Assembly (NCBI GenBank): GCA_025058345.1
Contig: JANXEN010000001.1
Coordinates: 8,481 to 72,480 of the forward strand
Length of the DNA stretch: 64,000 nucleotides
Origin: Sulfolobales archaeon
Lineage (GTDB): Archaea; Thermoproteota; Thermoprotei_A; Sulfolobales; NBVN01
Direction of reading: 5' to 3'
Shown: in pieces, positions 19,144-26,421 of the stretch
Layout of the letters: each line of letters begins with the position of its first letter
Numbering within the stretch: position 1 is the first letter of the stretch
Position numbers and translations under genes: made by a program
Notes under the pieces: generated by a model
The model's database searches: none
What the model saw: the letters and a program-made list of their open reading frames with translations, nothing else
What the model was told of the DNA's origin: nothing

Positions 19144-19773
19144 ATGAAGTTAGATAGTGGAATTTCACCGGTAATAAGTGTAACGGTATTAGTTGGAGCC
19201 GTTATAATCCTAGGATTGACATTTATGGCGTACTCTATATCGTTAAGCAACGCTCAGAGTTCAGAGGTTAGGCTAAGGAATATACTAGTTGATGAAGCTG
19301 CTAAGACAGTGATATATATTGAGAAAGAGGACAGAAACAACGTAAACATAACTATATATTTAGGCGTTACTAGAGTTCTCCCAGAATCCGCCAGGTATAG
19401 ACTAACAGTCTTCAGAGCAAACGAATACGGAACTTTCTACGGGTTAGTTCCCCTAAGCGCATCAGAAGTGGAGGTATACGTTAAGCCACCAAACATCAAC
19501 GTCGTACAGCCGATCAATCAAACTCAGGCGCTAAGGACCTTCCTAGTAGAGAGTAGTGGGAACTACGTACCTCTAAGCACATTAGGATTAAGCACAGTCA
19601 ACACCTACACGATCTGGTACATACCGCCAAACTCAACCCTAATTAAGTTAAACATAAGAATCACATCAATAGCGAATTTCAAGTACGTAGTTCCAGTTCT
19701 ACTAGCAGACTTCGGCAGCGAGTACTACGAAATAGCGAGAATATATTACCTACCTTCAGGGTGGAGGCAATGA
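19144..19773 (+). CDS. Archaeal type IV pilin-like protein (class III signal peptide)
   Basis: N-terminus 'MKLDSGISPVISVTVLVGAVIILGLTF' matches the archaeal pilin/archaellin N-terminal pattern (G-[IV]SPVI plus a hydrophobic helix). Confidence 0.6.
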   Translation: MKLDSGISPVISVTVLVGAVIILGLTFMAYSISLSNAQSSEVRLRNILVDEAAKTVIYIEKEDRNNVNITIYLGVTRVLPESARYRLTVFRANEYGTFYGLVPLSASEVEVYVKPPNINVVQPINQTQALRTFLVESSGNYVPLSTLGLSTVNTYTIWYIPPNSTLIKLNIRITSIANFKYVVPVLLADFGSEYYEIARIYYLPSGWRQ

Positions 19774-20924
19774 TTAAGCAACTGAGGAAAGGGCAGGCAG
19801 AAGTAATAGGCGGCCTAATGGTGGTCAGCGTACTACTACTAATCATAATACCCCTAATACTTAATACCATGACATCATCAACAAACGTAGGAACAAGAAA
19901 CTACGTACTAAGATCTCAATTCGAAATCGAGAGATGGTCTGAGAGGCTAGTACTAAGCGCAGATAAAACAAGGCTAGAAAACCCAAGCACAGTAGAAGTA
20001 ACGATAGTCAGGATATGGAGAAACATCAGCGGAAGATCAGACCCCTACGACCTACCCAGACCAATAAACATATCAGTAGGCGGATACCTCCCAATAAACC
20101 AACTAGTAAATAACCTAGCAGAACTGGAGGCAGTAGTAACAGCAAGAGGAAGAGTAATCAAAATTCAAGAACTACTACCACCATCACAGGGAGGAGAAGG
20201 AGGGGAGGGAGGAGGGGAGGGAGGAGGAGAAGCCCCACTCGGACTCACAGGAGAGGAAATCACTGGAGGAAACTATCTCTATAACTATAGTATATCTGTA
20301 CTAAAATGCCAAATGGGAAGCACTAACTGCACCACTACGGCAGTTCCCGCAATCTACTATAATAATAGATGGATAGCGAATAGAAGTAATGCATGGGTAG
20401 ATATTACCAATGAGGTTGATAGCGGCGAAATAATGTATTCAGACTTAGATGAGAACAAAGCACCAGAGCTTGTAATCTTATATAAAGATAATAATAACAA
20501 ATACTATGTTCTAAAAGATAAAGATAGGTATGAATATACGATTAGGATTAGAAACTACACTAGAATAAAGGCAGATACCAAATTAATCGCGATTTACATT
20601 AAGTTAGTAACTCGACTTGATAAGACGGCAACGATTAACACATTTATAAGAGCTACGTTGGTTTACACTCTTAACAACGCAATAAACATTAGTAATTACG
20701 CTACGCTTTCCACAGCGAAAATTCCACAAATAAACAGAGAACTAGCGATTTATGAAGGCTATGTTATATTTCCAGTGAAACAGTTTGAGCAGTTTTCTTC
20801 TATAGTAGGAAATTACCCCGGCGACTACCATCTTGATATCGAAGTAAGAACTGAAGCATTGTCGTCAACTGGCAATACACCTTTCTCATCCGGTATAGAG
20901 TATTTAGCTGTTGTTTCTAACTAA
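19770..20924 (+). CDS. Archaeal type IV pilin-like protein with Gly/Glu-rich linker and large C-terminal domain
   Basis: ATG 19770 overlaps the upstream TGA (ATGA). 'MIKQLRKGQAEVIGGLMVVSVLLLIIIPLIL' is a class III signal (KG|Q) plus a hydrophobic helix. Internal 'GGEGGEGGGEGGGE' linker. Confidence 0.55.
   Translation: MIKQLRKGQAEVIGGLMVVSVLLLIIIPLILNTMTSSTNVGTRNYVLRSQFEIERWSERLVLSADKTRLENPSTVEVTIVRIWRNISGRSDPYDLPRPINISVGGYLPINQLVNNLAELEAVVTARGRVIKIQELLPPSQGGEGGEGGGEGGGEAPLGLTGEEITGGNYLYNYSISVLKCQMGSTNCTTTAVPAIYYNNRWIANRSNAWVDITNEVDSGEIMYSDLDENKAPELVILYKDNNNKYYVLKDKDRYEYTIRIRNYTRIKADTKLIAIYIKLVTRLDKTATINTFIRATLVYTLNNAINISNYATLSTAKIPQINRELAIYEGYVIFPVKQFEQFSSIVGNYPGDYHLDIEVRTEALSSTGNTPFSSGIEYLAVVSN
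20188..20232 (+). repeat. 45-nt uninterrupted homopurine (A/G) tract encoding the Gly/Glu linker
   Basis: Read base by base: agggaggagaaggaggggagggaggaggggagggaggaggagaag contains no pyrimidine. Confidence 0.9.
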
Positions 20925-22191
20925 TGTAAATTCCTCTCAAATCATAGAAAGTTGCATTTGTTATTAATGCAATGTTTTTATAACGCATTACCTTATAATC
21001 ATATATAACCATTGGTTTATAGTTGAATAACCTGTACATAATTGAATTCTCTCTGAAACCCTTGATGGGTATTGATGATTCAACAATGCTCCCTATGTAT
21101 TCTTTATTTATCTTAGTACCTATTTCCTCAACAGTCTTTGCTAGGAATGCTGACCTTATTTTCTTTACTTTTTCACTTACATGAAGCATTTTACTGGATT
21201 CTGTTCTTGGTCTTAGCGTATATTGAGCTATATGTGTCTTGTCTGGTTGTGCTTCATGAATAGTTCTTATAGTGTTTTCAAATTCTTCTTCTCCTTCTCC
21301 TGGATGCCCTACTATGATGTCTGTAGCTATTGTTATTCCAGGTATTTTCCTTCTTAGTTCCTTAACTGTATTTACGAATTCGTCTACTGTGTATTCCCTT
21401 TTCATTATTTTGAGTACTTTATCGTCGCCGCTCTGGAGTGGTATGTGGATGTATTTAAATACCTTAGGTTCCTTCAATATTTCTATTATGTTGTCAAGTA
21501 TTGGCTTTAGGGTGTTGGGGTTTGCCATACCGACCCTTATCATGTAGTTTCCTTCGACTTCGTCAACTATTTTCTTAATGAGTTTCGCTAGGTTTATGCC
21601 TCCTAGGTCTATTCCATATGCTGCGGTGTCTTGAGCTGTTAGCTCTATCTCTGCAGCCCCCTTCGATACCGCTTCTCTAACTGATTTCACGATTAGTTCC
21701 GGCTTATAGCTCGTTAATTTTCTGCGGGCGAGTTTTACTATACAGTACGCGCAGTTCCCTACACATCCTTCCGCGATTGGTATAGACGCTACTCTTCCTT
21801 CAACATTGCATGGGAGATGTGAAGTGTCTCTAATGCCGATTATTAGGTTCTCAACGTTTTGAGATTCAACTACGTCAACTATTTTAGCTATGTTTTGGGG
21901 TGAGATGAGTGATGCTGTCGGCGCTACCTGCTTTAGCGTGTAGGGTTGTGTGCTAACCATGCAGCCAGCGATTATTAACTTCCTCCCACTGAGGTTTCTG
22001 CTTAAGTCCCTCAACCTCCTTAAGACCCTTTCCTCACTATCTTTGCGGACTGTACACGTGTTCACTAAAATAGCTTCCGCCTCCTTCAAGTTATCTACCA
22101 CTTCATGCCCTCCATTAAGTAGGAGGGCCTTCATCAGCGATGCATCTGCCTTATTTAGGGCACATCCGTAGGTCTCTACGTAGACCTTCAT
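20917..22191 (-). CDS. MiaB-like radical SAM tRNA methylthiotransferase (archaeal MtaB/CDKAL1 type)
   Basis: N-terminal UPF0004 'MKVYVETYGCALNKAD', radical SAM 'CVGNCAYC', and a C-terminal TRAM-like region. Confidence 0.85.
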   Translation of the reverse strand: MKVYVETYGCALNKADASLMKALLLNGGHEVVDNLKEAEAILVNTCTVRKDSEERVLRRLRDLSRNLSGRKLIIAGCMVSTQPYTLKQVAPTASLISPQNIAKIVDVVESQNVENLIIGIRDTSHLPCNVEGRVASIPIAEGCVGNCAYCIVKLARRKLTSYKPELIVKSVREAVSKGAAEIELTAQDTAAYGIDLGGINLAKLIKKIVDEVEGNYMIRVGMANPNTLKPILDNIIEILKEPKVFKYIHIPLQSGDDKVLKIMKREYTVDEFVNTVKELRRKIPGITIATDIIVGHPGEGEEEFENTIRTIHEAQPDKTHIAQYTLRPRTESSKMLHVSEKVKKIRSAFLAKTVEEIGTKINKEYIGSIVESSIPIKGFRENSIMYRLFNYKPMVIYDYKVMRYKNIALITNATFYDLRGIYIS

Positions 22192-22253
22192 CTCGTTCAG
22201 AATTAGATACGGTATGTATGAATTTAAAAGTTTAGGAGAAGTATTATCATTAG

Positions 22254-22679
22254 GTGATGGGTATTTCAGACATGCTAAAGTATGAGGACCTGCTTGAGAG
22301 GCTCTACAGTAGGTTACCGTCTAAAGTGACTGGGCAACCTGTAGAGCTACCTCAGCTGGATGTGGTTCATGTAGGGCTGCATACACATGTTAAGAACTTC
22401 AAGGAAGTCTGCGATAGGGTTAGGAGGGAGCCTAGGGTAGTTATGAGGTACTTACTTAAGGAGTTAGCTGCTAGGGGCTCTCTCGACGACTCCAACAACC
22501 TAATAATATTCGGTAGGATCTCATCGCAGACGTTGAACACCCTATTTAACAGGTTCTTAATGAGCTACGTTAAGTGCAGCACATGCAACACCTTCGACAC
22601 CTTGCTTAAGAAGCAGGGGAAGGTCTGGATTATCTCATGCCTTGCCTGCGGTGCTGAAACACCTGTAAAGCCTGTTTAG
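22254..22679 (+). CDS. Translation initiation factor aIF2 beta subunit
   Basis: 141 aa with the C-terminal zinc ribbon 'CSTCNTFDT...CLACGA' and the eIF2-beta/eIF5 core pattern. Confidence 0.85.
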   Translation: MMGISDMLKYEDLLERLYSRLPSKVTGQPVELPQLDVVHVGLHTHVKNFKEVCDRVRREPRVVMRYLLKELAARGSLDDSNNLIIFGRISSQTLNTLFNRFLMSYVKCSTCNTFDTLLKKQGKVWIISCLACGAETPVKPV

Positions 22680-22688
22680 GTGTAGGGG

Positions 22689-22988
22689 ATGTTTGTGTAC
22701 GTTAAGATATACTATGAAGGTAGTGATCAATCAGTACTTGCTGTATGTGATGAGGAGATCTTAGGTATGGTTTTAAGGGAGGGTGATGTAGTCCTAGACG
22801 TTAGTAAGGACTTCTTCAACGGCTTTAAAACACATTTAGATGACTTACCGCACCTACTTGAGGGAGTTAATTCAGCTATGTTGGTGGGCAATAACGCTGT
22901 TAGGAAAGCTATAGAGGCTGGTTACGTACACCCCGAAGCTGTTTTAAAGGTGGGTCAGGTACCATACGCGTATCTCGTGAAGATTTAA
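22689..22988 (+). CDS. DUF424-family small archaeal protein
   Basis: 99 aa. 'VKIYYEGSDQSVLAVCDEEILG' resembles DUF424 as I remember it. It has the conserved position after aIF2 beta. Confidence 0.5.
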   Translation: MFVYVKIYYEGSDQSVLAVCDEEILGMVLREGDVVLDVSKDFFNGFKTHLDDLPHLLEGVNSAMLVGNNAVRKAIEAGYVHPEAVLKVGQVPYAYLVKI

Positions 22989-22998
22989 GGGAATTTTC

Positions 22999-24021
22999 TT
23001 GAGTAAATTCTGCATTAGATGCGGTGTTGAGGAACCTGAATTAATAGTTGATGGATTCTGCATAAAGTGCTTAGTTGATTTAGGTAAAGTGGTAAAGCCC
23101 CCGAACTCAGTTAAGGTTACCGTATGTCCTACATGCAGCTCAATTAAGACTGGGAGTAAGTGGTTACTCAACACTGATTTGAAAGAACATCTAAGGGATG
23201 TAGTCCTAGGCGATTGTGTGCTACATAACGACTTCAAGTTAAGTTCATTAAATATTGACCTAGGAGGTAGTAAAGCCCTTGTAAGCTTTAAGGGTTATTT
23301 AAGAGGTGTTGAGGTAGTTAAGGACTACATCCTCGACCTCACAATTAATAAAGCTTTATGCCCTCAGTGTTCTAGAGTTAAGGGCGGTTACTACGAAGCC
23401 GTAATTCAGATCAGGACATACTTAAACACCTTCAATAAATCGTTGATGGATAAGTTAGTGAACACTCTGTTGAAATCCCCCAACATCTCAAATAACATTT
23501 CCGAAATAGAATTCGTTAAGGAAGGCTTGGACGTTAAGGTGCTAAGCATAGGTATCGCTAGGAAGTTAGCTAGCGACATAGTATCTACTTACGGAGGAAC
23601 TTCGTCAGAGAGTTGGAAAGTCGTTGGTAAGTCATCAAGCGGTAAGAAGGTATCTAAGTTAACTATTTCCTTGAGGATTTTAGGGTTAACTCCGGGGGAG
23701 TACGTAGTTTTTAAGGACCGCCTCGCAGTGGTTGAAGATATCGCAGGAACGCACGTTAAGATTAAGTTCTTAGATGTCGACCATGTAGTGAGGCTTAACG
23801 TAGATGACTTAAGTGAGGGGGATTTATCCGATGTTCATGTTGAGTTGAGTGAATTAATTGATGCTAAAGTAACCGGAGTTTATGAGGGTAAGGCTATAGT
23901 TAGGGATGTATGTAGGGGTAATACCTACGAAATACCAGTTTATGGGGGCGTTAAAGTAGGTTCGAAAGTTAAATTATTAATTTATAAGGATAGAATATAC
24001 TTAGCAGGTATTGAGATGTGA
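22999..24021 (+). CDS. NMD3-family (60S export adaptor homologue) protein
   Basis: TTG start. N-terminal Cys clusters 'FCIRCG', 'GFCIKC', 'CPTCSS' and 'CPQCSR'. About 340 aa. Confidence 0.7.
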   Translation: MSKFCIRCGVEEPELIVDGFCIKCLVDLGKVVKPPNSVKVTVCPTCSSIKTGSKWLLNTDLKEHLRDVVLGDCVLHNDFKLSSLNIDLGGSKALVSFKGYLRGVEVVKDYILDLTINKALCPQCSRVKGGYYEAVIQIRTYLNTFNKSLMDKLVNTLLKSPNISNNISEIEFVKEGLDVKVLSIGIARKLASDIVSTYGGTSSESWKVVGKSSSGKKVSKLTISLRILGLTPGEYVVFKDRLAVVEDIAGTHVKIKFLDVDHVVRLNVDDLSEGDLSDVHVELSELIDAKVTGVYEGKAIVRDVCRGNTYEIPVYGGVKVGSKVKLLIYKDRIYLAGIEM

Positions 24022-24027
24022 TCTTTC

Positions 24028-24348
24028 ATGTCGAAGAAGGGTAAGGGAGTAGAATCTAGGGAACTACTAACCCCGGCTGAGGGTGAGGTTATATGCGTAG
24101 TTACTGACATAGTTGGAGCTAATTACGTGAAGACGATCTGCATGGATGGTGTAGCTAGGGTGTGTAGAATTCCCGGAAAGTTGAGGAAGAAGGTATGGAT
24201 TAATGTTAAGGATGTTGTTTTAGTGGCTGTGTGGGAATTCCAGAACGATAAAGGAGATATCGTGCATCGCTATGAGAGAGATGAGAGGAAGAAGCTCATA
24301 GAGCTTGGACTTCTTAGTAAGGACCTCATCGAAGGTGGTTCTGCATAA
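24028..24348 (+). CDS. Translation initiation factor aIF1A
   Basis: 106 aa with an S1-like OB fold: 'EGEVICVVTDIVGANYVKTICMDGVARVCRIPGKLRKKVWINVKDVVLV'. Confidence 0.9.
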   Translation: MSKKGKGVESRELLTPAEGEVICVVTDIVGANYVKTICMDGVARVCRIPGKLRKKVWINVKDVVLVAVWEFQNDKGDIVHRYERDERKKLIELGLLSKDLIEGGSA

Positions 24349-24380
24349 GTAGTAAGGGCGACGTCGATAAGTTCCTTGAC

Positions 24381-25157
24381 ATGTATTATAAGGCTACTGG
24401 CAGAGTTAGGAAGGAAGTTGATAAAGACCTCTTCGAAACTGTTGAAGAAGTATTCGATTCAGCAACCGTTTTAGCAATTATAGAGTTATGTAGGAGGAAA
24501 GTGATTTATGAGTTACGGGGTGTAGTGAGTTCTGGTAAGGAGTCAAGGATTTATTGGGGTAAGTCATTCAACAACGATGATTTAGCAGTTAAGATCTACC
24601 TAACATCGTCAGCTGAATTCAGAAAAGGTATGATTAAGTATTTAGCCGGAGATCCTAGATTTAAAAACATTCCAAAATCGACGAAGAAGTTAATAACTAC
24701 CTGGGCCCGCAAGGAGTTCAAGAACTTAAAACTCATGCGTGATGCCGGCGCTACTGTCCCTAAACCGATATCGCAGTATGAGAACGTGCTGGTGATGGAG
24801 TTTATTGGTGAGGACGGTGTGAGGGCACCACTACTTAAGGAGGTAGAGTTAGAGTTAAGCGAGTATGAGGAACTGTTTTACAAGGTAGTTGAGGATGTTC
24901 GGAAGATCTACATGTATGCCGGCCTAATCCACGGGGATTTAAGCGAGTACAACATAATGGTATATAGGGATACCCCCTACATAATTGATGTAAGTCAGTC
25001 CGTCAGCGTTTCACACCCAAACGCATATAATTTACTAATACGTGATGTTACTAACCTATCAAACTTTTTCAGAGGTTTAGGCCTTAAGATCCCTGAAGCC
25101 GATGAGTTAGTTAAGTACATTACAGGTGATAACCATATAGACTTAAGCGAATATTAA
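24381..25157 (+). CDS. RIO-type serine/threonine protein kinase (Rio1)
   Basis: 'SGKESRIY', 'LIHGDLSEYNIM' and 'IIDVSQS' RIO motifs. Confidence 0.85.
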   Translation: MYYKATGRVRKEVDKDLFETVEEVFDSATVLAIIELCRRKVIYELRGVVSSGKESRIYWGKSFNNDDLAVKIYLTSSAEFRKGMIKYLAGDPRFKNIPKSTKKLITTWARKEFKNLKLMRDAGATVPKPISQYENVLVMEFIGEDGVRAPLLKEVELELSEYEELFYKVVEDVRKIYMYAGLIHGDLSEYNIMVYRDTPYIIDVSQSVSVSHPNAYNLLIRDVTNLSNFFRGLGLKIPEADELVKYITGDNHIDLSEY

Positions 25158-25204
25158 CTAGGGTGTTGGAAACTTAAATTATGTGTTAGTAAGTTATATC
25201 TGCG

Positions 25205-25816
25205 GTGTATTCAGTGAGTTTAGAAGGTAGAAAGCCGCAGGTAATTCCCGGCGTTCTCAAACTATACGTTAAAATCCCACTTGAAAGGATTAGATTACTC
25301 ACCACCAATAAGATGCAGGTAATTAAGGAGTTAGAGAGTAGGACGCTCACTAAGGTAAGTTTAGATGAGGTTAACTGCTTCGCTATTATAGAACCCTCCA
25401 ACCCCAGCACACCGGTGGTAAATGTAATGAAGGCAAGAGACTTCATAAATGCGGTTGCTGCCGGTTTTTCACCGGATAAGGCTTGGAGGCTGTTAAACGA
25501 CGAACAAATATTAGTGATCATTGACTTGAAATCCGTAGTTGGTGAGTCTCAGAACCACCTAACCAGAATTAAGGGTAGGGTAATAGGTGAGGAGGGTAAA
25601 GTCAAGAAAAATATTGAGGAGATAACCGGTACAGACATATCGGTATATGATGATAACATAGCTATAATAGGTGATTACGAGAGCGCTAACCTGGCTAGGG
25701 AGGCTGTAGAAATGCTCATTCAGGGAAGGCAGCATTCAACTGTTTATAAATACTTAGATAGAGCTGTGCGTGACGTTAAGAAAAGAAAAGTCACAGCAAT
25801 ATGGAGTAAGGAATGA
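25205..25816 (+). CDS. KH-domain RNA-binding protein (Dim2/Pno1-like)
   Basis: 203 aa. 'IKGRVIGEEGKVKKNIEEITG' is a KH GxxG-type motif. It has the conserved position after aIF1A and Rio1. Confidence 0.7.
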   Translation: MYSVSLEGRKPQVIPGVLKLYVKIPLERIRLLTTNKMQVIKELESRTLTKVSLDEVNCFAIIEPSNPSTPVVNVMKARDFINAVAAGFSPDKAWRLLNDEQILVIIDLKSVVGESQNHLTRIKGRVIGEEGKVKKNIEEITGTDISVYDDNIAIIGDYESANLAREAVEMLIQGRQHSTVYKYLDRAVRDVKKRKVTAIWSKE

Positions 25817-25861
25817 AGATCAAGTATTTTAATTGCGAAGCAACACTATCTCCCGAACCTA

Positions 25862-25920
25862 CATTAAGTGATGAGTGTTAAATTCTGAGCCGTGATGCAG
25901 GGCCAAAGCTCTGATCAACA
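25862..25920 (+). ncRNA. Candidate box C/D sRNA
   Basis: C 'GUGAUGA' (25868-74, perfect), 10-nt spacer, D' 'CUGA' (25885-88), 3-nt linker, C' 'GUGAUGC' (25892-98), 12-nt spacer, D 'CUGA' (25911-14). A TATA-like 'GTATTTTAATT' lies about 35 nt upstream. Confidence 0.55.
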
Positions 25921-25950
25921 CTGAAATATTAGTGAGAAACCATTAATGGT

Positions 25951-26095
25951 TGGTGGGCCCGGAGGGATTTGAACCCCCGACCTACGGGTCTCTTCTCCAG
26001 TCCTATATCATCCCTCACGGTCTTTAGACCCATAGATAGTGAACTGGAGCCTCGGCTGAACGATCCGCCGCTCTGCCTGGCTGAGCTACGGGCCC
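25951..26095 (-). tRNA. tRNA-Trp (CCA) with two introns (14 nt at 30/31 = 26051-26064; 54 nt at 37/38 = 25990-26043) and genomically encoded CCA
   Basis: Hand fold with perfect acceptor (GGGCCCG/CGGGCCC, A73), D-arm and T-arm. Removing 14 + 54 nt leaves GCGGG-CUCCAGA-CCCGU as the anticodon arm. Intron 1 has a clear bulge-helix-bulge motif. Details are in the findings. Confidence 0.75.
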
Positions 26096-26147
26096 ACCAC
26101 ACTCCATCACGCAAATATTTAGTTTAGAGCTTATATATGTTTAATAT

Positions 26148-26351
26148 GTGTTGGTACTAGGGTACTGCTTGACTAAGTATGAGTTAAGGTGTGAGGAGTG
26201 CGGAACTTCATGGGAACTTAAAGTTAGCTATAGCCTCAGCGAATTCCAAAAACTATACCATTACTGCAAGGTCTGTAGGAAGAATACCTTCCATAACGTC
26301 TTAAGGACTGAGTCAGCGGAGGTTCATACAATCACTAATCATGAACGATAG
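26148..26351 (+). CDS. Small zinc-ribbon protein (hypothetical)
   Basis: 67-aa ORF with 'CEECG'...22 aa...'CKVC', a four-Cys ribbon. Start is uncertain (GTG 26148 or TTG downstream). The 3' end is overlapped on the opposite strand by a box C/D candidate. Confidence 0.4.
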   Translation: MLVLGYCLTKYELRCEECGTSWELKVSYSLSEFQKLYHYCKVCRKNTFHNVLRTESAEVHTITNHER

Positions 26352-26366
26352 ATCTCATCACCAATT
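26308..26366 (-). ncRNA. Candidate box C/D sRNA
   Basis: On the minus strand: C 'GUGAUGA' (26361-26355), 12-nt spacer, D' 'AUGA' (26342-39), 3-nt linker, C' 'GUGAUUG' (26335-29), 12-nt spacer, D 'CUGA' (26316-13). This gives canonical 12/3/12 spacing. It lies about 55 nt downstream of thrS on the same strand. Confidence 0.55.
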
Positions 26367-26421
26367 TAAGCGTAGTAAATTAGATAATAACCTTATGCCT
26401 TAAGACGATCTAAAAACTAAT

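Noticed and set aside
25990-26043. Possibility that the long tRNA-Trp intron encodes a box C/D guide, as in Euryarchaeota
   Set aside because: The intron contains only 'GGAUGAUAU' (a partial C box) and 'ACUGGAG' with no CUGA. No proper C/D or C'/D' pairs with 10-12-nt spacers could be placed.
25929-26114. 61-aa ORF on the minus strand from the ORF track
   Set aside because: It lies entirely within the tRNA-Trp gene and its introns. The Arg/Gly/Ser-rich translation is typical of reading through a structured RNA gene.
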